Position numbers and translations under genes: made by a program
Part shown: piece after piece, positions 1 to 7,115 of the stretch
How positions within the stretch are numbered: position 1 is the stretch's first letter
Layout of the letters: every line of letters starts with the position of its first letter
The notes under the pieces: model-generated
Database searches by the model: none
Told to the model about the DNA's origin: nothing
The model's input: the letters and a program-made list of their open reading frames with translations, nothing else
Assembly: GCA_038150265.1 (NCBI GenBank)
Contig: JAYOTF010000056.1
Location: forward strand, 1-14,317
Length of the DNA: 14,317 nucleotides
Reading direction: 5' to 3'
Source: Deltaproteobacteria bacterium
Lineage (GTDB): Bacteria; SAR324; NAC60-12

Positions 1-251
1 TTGAAGCTATAAACATAAGACCCATATAAACCAGTAGAATAATTTGGACTTAAGTTGTCAGAGTTATGGCTATAGTAATTGTCATTTCCGTATCCATCAT
101 TATAGCGAATCGATTGGAGTTTGTAATCACCGGATGGAATGTATTCCATAGAGATTTTACTCGAGTAATTAGAGGAGCTGGGTATATCTGTGCTCTCTGA
201 ACTACAACCGAAGAGGGATAAAATAAATATTATTGTAAAAATTTTTTTCAT
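1..251 (-). CDS. Putative lipoprotein, N-terminal part (runs off the left edge; not in the ORF track)
   Basis: Manual translation from ATG at 251-249 gives MKKIFTIIFILSLFGCSSESTDIPSSSNYSSKISMEYIPSGDYKLQSIRYNDGYGNDNYYSHNSDNLSPNYSTGLYGSYVYSF..., open to the window edge. It has a basic N-terminus, a hydrophobic core, a lipobox LFG-C and a Ser-rich tether. The DNA is markedly more AT-rich than the rest of the window. Confidence 0.8.
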   Translation of the reverse strand, partial: MKKIFTIIFILSLFGCSSESTDIPSSSNYSSKISMEYIPSGDYKLQSIRYNDGYGNDNYYSHNSDNLSPNYSTGLYGSYVYSF

Positions 252-645
252 TTTACGTAACTGTTCAGCCACCCTTGAGGGTGGATTCAAAAAACGGACT
301 CATCTGCCGATAAGCGGCTCATGGAACAACTTCCGAGCCTGAGCGGTCTCTCCACGAGGAGAAGGACGCGATCATCCATTCCCCAGACCGAGAGAAGTTC
401 ACCACGACCTTGTGAAGTCAGAAAGATCTGTCCGAAAAAGATAAAATCAAGGAAACGGAGTGGAGCTGAATGAGCAATCCCTCCAAGCGGCGCTTCGACC
501 AGGAAGCGAGGGCTTCTTTTAAGATCAGGAGTCCTCCTTCCTGTCACGGCGAGGGCATGATTGCACAGCAAACAACTGATTTAAAGATATTTTTCAGTGA
601 GTGAGCGGCCTCTGGTCCGGACTCCAAAGAGGTGGGACAAAATGC

Positions 646-689
646 AAAAAGCACAACCCCTGAATTCATCAGGGCTGGCTGGGTTTTTT
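646..689. terminator. Possible intrinsic terminator (possibly bidirectional) downstream of the minus-strand gene run
   Basis: Core inverted repeat CCCTGA-ATTCA-TCAGGG (658-674), flanked by AAAAA (646-650) and TTTTTT (684-689). The extended stem is imperfect. Confidence 0.35.
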
Positions 690-797
690 AGGAGATTAGG
701 GACAAAAATAGAAGTCGAGGAGGGACTGAAAAATTTTTCCAGGAAGGGGGGATTGGCTTTTCCGAATCGGAAAAAATCGGTCCGCTTCCCGCTGTGG

Positions 798-1016
798 CTA
801 CAGACACTCCTTGGGAGGAATCTCAGAGACAACGGTGCCGTAGACGTCACAGAAGACGCCCTCGGGCTGGGGATTCGGGGGAAGGGTTTCGGAGCCGTAC
901 CGCCCTTCGCGGGGCTGTGGTGAAGGAGCCGCAGGCGGCGGCGGGGTGGAGCAGTGCATGAGGACGGGGGCCAGCGCCATCAGGAGGACTGGAAGCGAGC
1001 GACGGAGGAGACTCAT
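798..1016 (-). CDS. Small Pro-rich putative lipoprotein (72 aa; alternative start at 1028 overlapping the upstream stop)
   Basis: C-terminal part of track ORF 798..1241: MSLLRRSLPVLLMALAPVLMHC-STPPPPAAPSPQP... It shows a signal peptide ending in Cys, a Pro linker and a short C-terminal region with two more Cys. It directly follows the Gfo gene (TGATG overlap at 1030-1026). Confidence 0.6.
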   Translation of the reverse strand: MSLLRRSLPVLLMALAPVLMHCSTPPPPAAPSPQPREGRYGSETLPPNPQPEGVFCDVYGTVVSEIPPKECL

Positions 1017-1027
1017 TTCAGGAGGCA

Positions 1028-2095
1028 TCAGCGAGTTGCAAGCGAAGAGAGGAAGACGGTCTGGTGGGTTTGCGTGGCCTGGTGAATGGCTGCCGTGATC
1101 TGAAGGTTCAGGAGGCCATCTCGGACACTGACCCGAGGCGCGGTGGCACCCCGGATGACGGCGGCAAAGTGGTCCATCTGCTTCTGAAGCGGGTCTTCTC
1201 GCCGCAGAGGCAGGGTTTCTTGCGAAAACTCCTCCCACCACGACCGACCTTCCGGCTCATCGTACCAGTGCATCCGCATGGTCGGGACGGCCAGGCTGCC
1301 CTGGGTTCCAGCGAGGAAGTAGCAGTCCTGATCCGGATGAGTGGGGTAGGCGGGATTTTCCTGACTGGTCTGCTCCCAGCTCCGGGGGCTGGCCGCGGTA
1401 TCAGAGAGCACGAAGCTGCCGAGGACACCGCTTTCAAACATGAGGGTGATGGCAACCGTGTCCTCCACATCAAACCCACGGGTGCTGTGACTCGCGAGGG
1501 CCTGAACGGCCTTCACCTCACCGCAGAGCATGCGGAGGTTGTGGACCTCGTGGATGAGGTTGATGAGGATCGGTCCGCCGCCAGCCTGCCGCCGCCACGG
1601 GCCTTCCTGAAAGTAGTGATCGGGCTTGAAGAAGAGGGCACTTCCCTGAACCGTCACCAGGCGCCCCAGGCGTCCGGACTGCACGACCTCCACCGCTTGC
1701 GCCATGATCGAGCTATGGGCCCGGTGGTGTCCCACGAGCACCCGGGCCTGGTGAGACTCCACCACGGCCATCAGCTGCCGGCCTTCTTCCACCGTCGTGG
1801 CCACCGGTTTTTCCAGCAACACCGCCACCCCGGCATCGACACAGTGAAGGGTCTGAGCAACGTGCAGGGCATTGGGCGTGGCCAGCACAATGCCGTCTGG
1901 CGGGTCCTGTTCCAGCAACCGGTCAAGGGTCTCATAATGAGTGGCGCCCCACTCAGAGGCGAGGGTCCGGGTTTCGGGATCGGGATCGACCAGGGCGACC
2001 AGGTTCAGGTCCGGATGCTTGCGGATGATGCCCGCGTGGGTGCGGCCGATGCTGCCCACACCGGCAACAGCCAAACGGAGCGGAGCGCGGTTCAT
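1028..2095 (-). CDS. Gfo/Idh/MocA family NAD(P)-dependent oxidoreductase
   Basis: Rossmann motif AVAGVGSIG, ATPNALH, LLEKP, VGHHR and GGGPILINLIH. GGAG Shine-Dalgarno just upstream of the ATG. Confidence 0.92.
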   Translation of the reverse strand: MNRAPLRLAVAGVGSIGRTHAGIIRKHPDLNLVALVDPDPETRTLASEWGATHYETLDRLLEQDPPDGIVLATPNALHVAQTLHCVDAGVAVLLEKPVATTVEEGRQLMAVVESHQARVLVGHHRAHSSIMAQAVEVVQSGRLGRLVTVQGSALFFKPDHYFQEGPWRRQAGGGPILINLIHEVHNLRMLCGEVKAVQALASHSTRGFDVEDTVAITLMFESGVLGSFVLSDTAASPRSWEQTSQENPAYPTHPDQDCYFLAGTQGSLAVPTMRMHWYDEPEGRSWWEEFSQETLPLRREDPLQKQMDHFAAVIRGATAPRVSVRDGLLNLQITAAIHQATQTHQTVFLSSLATR

Positions 2096-2225
2096 GGTTC
2101 TCCTACGGAAGAGGACTCCGAGTTTCCAGAAGGCCGGGTCGCCCGGAAATCGGGGAGGGAAAGTGCTGAATCACCACGCACCCTAGCGGAATTGGGGAAA
2201 CATTTCCAGCGCAAGCCCGCGGGGG

Positions 2226-4313
2226 CTACTTGTCCAGCAGGGTGATGACGCCCTTCCAGTCGTCCGGAGGCGGGTGAACCTCCCACTCCTGACAGAGCTG
2301 CCGGAAGAACTGAGCGGCCCCATCTTCCGGAAGGTGCCGGAGGCATTCCTGAAAGGTGGCCTGAGCACGAGGCCACTGCCGCTGCTGGAAGAAGCCGAGC
2401 CCTTCCTGAAAGCGCTCCAGCGTTTCCTGCTTGCGCATGGAACGGTCCGGATGGTCGGCGTCCAGGAGTTCATGGACCTCAATGGGCTGCTGATGGCCCT
2501 TGACCTGATAGGTGCCGAGGGGCCGCCAGTGGAAGGGCTCCTTCCGGACGAGGCTCCGGGTGGTGCCCGACGCGAGCACCCGAGCATCGAAGTACTTGGT
2601 CAGCATCTCCAGCCGTGAGGCGAGGTTGACGGAGTCCCCCAGCACCGTGGTTTCAATGCGCAGGGAGGTGCCCATGGTGCCGATCACGACGGGACCACTA
2701 TGGATGCCCACCCCGGCCACCAGGGCCGGAAATCCCCGAGGCTGCCACTCGGCATTGAACGCCCGCCGGGCTGCATGCATGGCAATGGCCGACCGGACCG
2801 CACAGAGCGCCTCAAAGTAGTCACTGCGCTCCGGCATGTCAAAGAGCGCCATCACGGCATCACCAATGAACTTGTCCACAAAGCCGTAGTGCTGCCCCAG
2901 TGGCGCACAGACGCGTTCGAGGTAGGCGTTGACAAAGTTCAGAAGCCGCTGGGGCTCCATCTGCTCCGAGAGGGACGTGAAGCTCCGGATATCCGAGAAG
3001 AGGATGGAGATGAAGTCGCTGTTGGCCTGCCCAATGCGGATGTTGTGGACGCCTTCTTCGGCCACCCGGTGCTGAAACTGGAGGGGCACAAACTTCTCAA
3101 AGACGTTGAGGGTGGCCCGGAGGTGTTCGTTTTGCTGCTGAATGACCGTCCGCATCTCCAGGTTCTTCAGGTTGGCCACGGTGATCCGAGCCAGGGTGGA
3201 GGTGAAGTCATGCAGGTGCGGGTTGAGGGGCTGAGCCGTGACGCTTCCGGAGAAATTCATCACCCCAATGAGCCGCTGTTGGTCGAGGAGGGGGACCACG
3301 ATCAGGAAGCGGGGAGTGCCTTCTCCCACAAAGTACTCGCATGCAGACGTGTCCGGGATCAGCAACAGGGTCTTGCTTTGGGCACACTGGCCGACGGCCC
3401 CCTCCCCCAGCTGAAAGGTCCGGGGTGGAGGCTGGGGAGGAGGAAGGTCGGGAAAGGAGTCTGACAGAAACAGCTGATTCTGCTCCGGGTCGTATTGATA
3501 AACCGAGCACCGCTCCACGGGGAGGTGCTGCTGAACCACACGGACCACGGTGTCGAGGGTCTCATGCTGCGAAATTTTGGACGCCAGGGTCTCAGCGGTT
3601 TCATTGAGCAACCGGAGGTCGTCAATCTGAGACTTGATGGCCACGCGCATGGACTCAAAGCTCTGGGCGAGGACCCCCAGCTCATCCTCGCGGTGCAGGT
3701 CGATCGGAGCATTGAGGTTCCCGGCAGCGAGGTCTTGAGCCGAGTGGATCAGGGTGGAGACGGGACGCTTGACGAGGTGGCGGATGATGAACCACTGGGC
3801 CAGCACCGTCAGGAGGAGGATGCCGATGGCTGCAACAAAGAGCTGCTGCAGGCTGTCCCAAAACTGGCGGGTCGCGTTTTCGCGCGTGACCACGAGGTGC
3901 ACCCGGCCTTCCACCTTTCCGGCGCGTCCGAGGGTGGTGTGGAGGTGGATCCAGTTGTGCTGGGCCGCGGAATGAATCAGCTCCTGGTGGTCGAGCCCCT
4001 GTGCGGCATTGCGCTGCTGGGCAAAGAGGACCTGGTCCTGGTTTTCCACGATCAGGGCCATGAAGTCCGGATCCGTCATGAAGGCGTTCACGACGGCCTT
4101 GATCTGACGCTGCTGGCGGTTCCAGACGGCTTCGTTGAGGGCCAGCTCTGCCGTCCGGAGGGTGTCCCAGGCCTTCTTGTTGAGCGCGTTGAGGGTCCGC
4201 TGATACGAAAGCCAGGAGACGCCCAGAGCACCGATCACCATGCCGACCACAATCACCAGCAGGGTGGCCGCATTGATGCGAGAGACAAGGCTGGAGGCAG
4301 AAAAGAGCTTCAT
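2226..4313 (-). CDS. Membrane-bound class III adenylate cyclase (TM-periplasmic sensor-TM-HAMP-GAF-cyclase-TPR-like tail); alternative TTG start at 4337
   Basis: Two hydrophobic helices (TLLVIVVGMVIGALGVSWL; LFVAAIGILLLTVLAQWFII), HAMP (RPVSTL...EDELGVLAQSFESM), GAF (LGEGAVGQCA...VVPLLDQQRLIGVM), and cyclase motifs ILFSDIRSFT, DKFIGDAVMA and GIHSG...ETTVLGDSVNLASRLE (Lys and Thr specifiers indicate ATP, class IIIb-like). C-terminal helical tail ...PPPDDWKGV. Confidence 0.93.
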   Translation of the reverse strand: MKLFSASSLVSRINAATLLVIVVGMVIGALGVSWLSYQRTLNALNKKAWDTLRTAELALNEAVWNRQQRQIKAVVNAFMTDPDFMALIVENQDQVLFAQQRNAAQGLDHQELIHSAAQHNWIHLHTTLGRAGKVEGRVHLVVTRENATRQFWDSLQQLFVAAIGILLLTVLAQWFIIRHLVKRPVSTLIHSAQDLAAGNLNAPIDLHREDELGVLAQSFESMRVAIKSQIDDLRLLNETAETLASKISQHETLDTVVRVVQQHLPVERCSVYQYDPEQNQLFLSDSFPDLPPPQPPPRTFQLGEGAVGQCAQSKTLLLIPDTSACEYFVGEGTPRFLIVVPLLDQQRLIGVMNFSGSVTAQPLNPHLHDFTSTLARITVANLKNLEMRTVIQQQNEHLRATLNVFEKFVPLQFQHRVAEEGVHNIRIGQANSDFISILFSDIRSFTSLSEQMEPQRLLNFVNAYLERVCAPLGQHYGFVDKFIGDAVMALFDMPERSDYFEALCAVRSAIAMHAARRAFNAEWQPRGFPALVAGVGIHSGPVVIGTMGTSLRIETTVLGDSVNLASRLEMLTKYFDARVLASGTTRSLVRKEPFHWRPLGTYQVKGHQQPIEVHELLDADHPDRSMRKQETLERFQEGLGFFQQRQWPRAQATFQECLRHLPEDGAAQFFRQLCQEWEVHPPPDDWKGVITLLDK

Positions 4314-4404
4314 CAGGATGGACGGGAACTTGTTCAATCAACAAGGAAGTAGGCTCTTTCAGCAGAGACCGGTTCCCTAACAGCAGGGCGTTGGCCCAAC
4401 CCAA

Positions 4405-6129
4405 TCAGTTGTCTTCCGGAGGCTCTTCGTTTTCGTGCTGCTTGCGGTTCCACTCCTCGCGCTGCTCATGGAACCAGTTGGTCAGCTTCTCGGCCAGTTC
4501 CGGACGCCCCAGCTGTTCAGCAGCGGCGAGCATCTGCTTGTAGAGTTCCGTCCGGGGCTCAATGTTGATGGCGTCTTCATAGAACTTGAGGGCCCGGACC
4601 GGGTCACCTGCAGCAATGTGCGCTTCCGCTTCCTTGACCTTTTCGGCAATCTGCCGAGAGCGCTCCTTGGTTTCCACCTCACTCAGGGTCTTCTTGAGCT
4701 CAGCAACGCGGTTTTCGTTTTCATCCTTGGTGTGCAGGACGATCAGCTTCTTGAGCGAAACCTTGTCCTTCTTGACCGAAATGGCCTGCTCAAGCAGCGC
4801 TGCCGCTCGGCTGAGGTCATCCTTGCTGATCGCATTTTCAGCCTCTTCGGCGAGCACCTGATGGAACTGGTGCCGAGCCTTGATCACTTCCGGAAGCCGG
4901 GGCGCCAGCCGTATGGCACGCCGCAGGGCCTGCAGGGCGTCTTCATAGGCCTTGTTGTCGAGGTGCAGCTGACTCAGCTTCAGGACGAGGAGGGCGTCAG
5001 CGAGCTCGTCCACCAGGGGGGTCAGCATCTCTGCGGCTTTCTTGGTGTTGCCCTTCTGCAGCTCCTCCTGAGCCAGGCTCAGGAAGCGGTCGAGGCTGTA
5101 GTCTCCCTGAGAGTGCTCCAGCAGCCGTGCCAGCTGAAAGAAGATGACGCGGGCCTGGGAGCTCTTGCCCTGCCGCCGGAGGAGGATGCCGTAGTTGACC
5201 AGGCCATAGCGGTGAGTGGGCTGGGCCTGCAGGAGCTTGCTGAGCAGCTCGCGCGCCTTGTCCGGGTGCCCCTGCTCGGCAATGGCACAGAGCAGGAAGC
5301 AGCGGAGGTCCACATTGTGGGAGTCATTCTTGAGGAGGCCTTCAAACAGGGCCCGCGCGGTGTCGTAGTCCCGCTCGTGCATGCAGTAGATGGCCATGTT
5401 GAGCAGGTAGGTCGGGATGCGCTCGGGTTCCGAGGCACGCTCCTCGACTTCCTGCTGGAGGCGCTGGAGGTCGATCTTTCCCGGCTCCACAGGAGTGGCG
5501 GAGGCTTCCTCCTCCGGGGCTGCGGCCTCTGGGGCCTCGGCCGGCTCATCACTGAGGATGCTGTCCACAAACGAGGGGCCACTGGCGTCCACGGTGCCTT
5601 CTGCTTCGCCTGCTTCCAGTTCGGGCTTGGAGGCTTCATAGATCTCCTGCAGCGCCTCCGGAGCAAGCTCCAGTTCGGGGAGTTTGAAGTCGGTCAGGTC
5701 TTCAAACGGCTTGACGGCAGAGACGGCGTTGTTGTCTTCGTAGTCGGTCTTGGCAATCGTCGCTGCGAGGTTGTAGGTCGCAAACTCGTTCCGGGGGTCC
5801 ACCTCGAGGCACCGCTTGTAGAGCTTCTTGGCCTGCTCGTAGCTCTCTTGCTTGCGGTAGGCGTTGGCGAGGATGTTGATCAGCTCAACATTGTTCTGGT
5901 CATACGAAAGCAGGTTGGTGCCGAGGGAGACGAGAGCGGCCGGGTCTCCGGAGGACTGGCTGTAGATGTCGAGGATGACGGGCATGGCGATTTCCTGATC
6001 CAACTGGAGCGCCTTCCGGAATTCGACCATGGCCCGGTCGTAAAACTTCCCCTCCAGGAGCTTGCGTCCGCTGCTGAGCGCCTGTTCTACTTCTTCGGAG
6101 GAGTCAATGGTAAATAGTTTTTCCAGCAT
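4405..6129 (-). CDS. Tetratricopeptide-repeat (TPR) protein
   Basis: Many TPR-like units (LANAYRKQESYEQAKKLYKRCLEVDP; YGLVNYGILLRRQGKSSQA; AYEDALQALRRAIRLAP; ALKFYEDAINIEP) interrupted by an acidic Glu/Ala/Pro linker. No signal peptide. Confidence 0.88.
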   Translation of the reverse strand: MLEKLFTIDSSEEVEQALSSGRKLLEGKFYDRAMVEFRKALQLDQEIAMPVILDIYSQSSGDPAALVSLGTNLLSYDQNNVELINILANAYRKQESYEQAKKLYKRCLEVDPRNEFATYNLAATIAKTDYEDNNAVSAVKPFEDLTDFKLPELELAPEALQEIYEASKPELEAGEAEGTVDASGPSFVDSILSDEPAEAPEAAAPEEEASATPVEPGKIDLQRLQQEVEERASEPERIPTYLLNMAIYCMHERDYDTARALFEGLLKNDSHNVDLRCFLLCAIAEQGHPDKARELLSKLLQAQPTHRYGLVNYGILLRRQGKSSQARVIFFQLARLLEHSQGDYSLDRFLSLAQEELQKGNTKKAAEMLTPLVDELADALLVLKLSQLHLDNKAYEDALQALRRAIRLAPRLPEVIKARHQFHQVLAEEAENAISKDDLSRAAALLEQAISVKKDKVSLKKLIVLHTKDENENRVAELKKTLSEVETKERSRQIAEKVKEAEAHIAAGDPVRALKFYEDAINIEPRTELYKQMLAAAEQLGRPELAEKLTNWFHEQREEWNRKQHENEEPPEDN

Positions 6130-6293
6130 CGTCTGTCTCGGAACGCTTGGAGCGGATCATCATCTTGGTGGCCAAAGGGAAGCCTGCGGGCCCCAGGGCG
6201 GCGTGAGGGGCTCCCATCTTGTGGAATCTCAAGCCTAGCAGAATCTGAAGATTCATGCATCTTTCAAGCCTTGTTGCTGCAGGGACGCACGGG

Positions 6294-6322
6294 TTGACCG
6301 AACCCGGGGAGCACGCTATAAC
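6294..6322 (+). promoter_or_regulatory. Sigma70-type promoter for the 142-aa gene
   Basis: TTGACC (6294-6299), 17-bp spacer, TATAAC (6317-6322), about 66 bp before ATG 6389. Confidence 0.6.
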
Positions 6323-6388
6323 CGGGGCAGGCAGGTCCGGCTTCCGAGCCCGGTCCACTCTGACAGCACCCCCTTCCCCACCGCGCTC

Positions 6389-6817
6389 ATGAAAGTCGAC
6401 GTTGCAAATTTCTGGATTGGCATCAGCTTCCCCAATCACCCCCTGACCGGCACCGATGAAGAAAAGGAGGCCCAGCAGGTCCGGATCCTCGAGTGCCTGC
6501 AGGAGGCCAAGGGGTGGTTTCACGAGTTCTGCCTCAGCCACCACCTCTTCCCGGAGGTGATGCGTCCGGGACCCGAACCCTTTGCACCGGAGCGGGCGGT
6601 GGATCCGATTGCCATCGTCTTCAATGGCTTCCGGAGCCTGGAGGTGACGTTTCCCCTGGAAGCCCTCAAAGGCAAGGAACTGGAGTTGGAGAGGACCGGA
6701 GCCGACTGGCGGATTGCTTGCTCCGAGATGGAAGTGGAGGCCGGAGGCGTTTGGGAACTTCAGGGAGACTGGACGTACGACTCCGTCATTGAAGACATGA
6801 AGAGGGGGCAGGGGTGA
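6389..6817 (+). CDS. Hypothetical protein (142 aa, acidic)
   Basis: ATG ORF with GC-rich third positions like its neighbours. It fills the gap between the TPR gene and the att repeat and has a good upstream promoter. No family recognised. Confidence 0.75.
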   Translation: MKVDVANFWIGISFPNHPLTGTDEEKEAQQVRILECLQEAKGWFHEFCLSHHLFPEVMRPGPEPFAPERAVDPIAIVFNGFRSLEVTFPLEALKGKELELERTGADWRIACSEMEVEAGGVWELQGDWTYDSVIEDMKRGQG

Positions 6818-6851
6818 GAAGTGGCGAGGAGACGTGAGCAAGAGAGGGCGG

Positions 6852-6886
6852 TGGTGGGCCAGGAGGGACTCGAGCCCCCGACCTAG
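6852..6886 (-). repeat. att-like direct repeat: displaced copy of the 3' 35 nt of tRNA-Ile2
   Basis: TGGTGGGCCAGGAGGGACTCGAGCCCCCGACCTAG matches 8704-8738 at 34/35 positions. The mismatch is at 6874, in the T-loop (TTC to CTC on the tRNA strand). Confidence 0.93.
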
Positions 6887-6933
6887 TAGTGATGAATCCA
6901 GCCTGATCCTGCAGGTGGAGGAATCCTGGCTGT

Positions 6934-6989
6934 TTTTAAGTTTACTCTAAAATAGCCTTGGCCACTTTAAAGTTCACTCTATAATGGCC
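6934..6989 (+). repeat. Imperfect 24-bp direct repeat (32-bp period) overlapping a candidate sigma70 promoter
   Basis: TTTTAAGTTTACTCTAAAATAGCC (6934-6957) vs TTTAAAGTTCACTCTATAATGGCC (6966-6989), 20/24 identical. Promoter match TTGGCC (6958-6963)-N16-TATAAT (6980-6985). Confidence 0.65.
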
Positions 6990-7115
6990 AGGAACTCCCG
7001 GAGCAGATGCCGGGGTGCCCCCACGAGCCTCCCTGGTCCGCTCATGAAGGGAGCAACCGGCAAATTTGCAAAATGCCGGTCACTGAATGAATCCACGTTT
7101 TTCACGCAATCCCCA

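Noticed and set aside
287..923. Short ORFs of 94, 89 and 108 aa in the left spacer
   Set aside because: No family motifs or convincing RBS, mutually overlapping, and they run through the palindrome cluster.
1064..2245. 393-aa plus-strand ORF
   Set aside because: Antisense shadow of the Gfo/Idh/MocA gene. It has no motifs, and such ORFs are expected from GC-rich codon bias.
2700..4352. 254-aa and 285-aa plus-strand ORFs
   Set aside because: Antisense shadows of the adenylate cyclase.
4435..6117. 560-aa plus-strand ORF
   Set aside because: Codon-aligned antisense of the TPR gene with no recognisable domain.
6104..6841. 245-aa minus-strand ORF
   Set aside because: Antisense to the 142-aa gene, which has the promoter and the typical codon pattern.
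6852..6900. Second tRNA gene or CRISPR repeat
   Set aside because: Only the 3' 35 nt are present, with no D-arm or 5' acceptor strand. Two copies 1.85 kb apart are not a CRISPR array, and there are no cas genes.
6984..7115. 44-aa N-terminal extension of the ATPase in the ORF track
   Set aside because: Its ATG lies inside the TATAAT box and the extension does not look like part of the family. ATG 7116 fits better.
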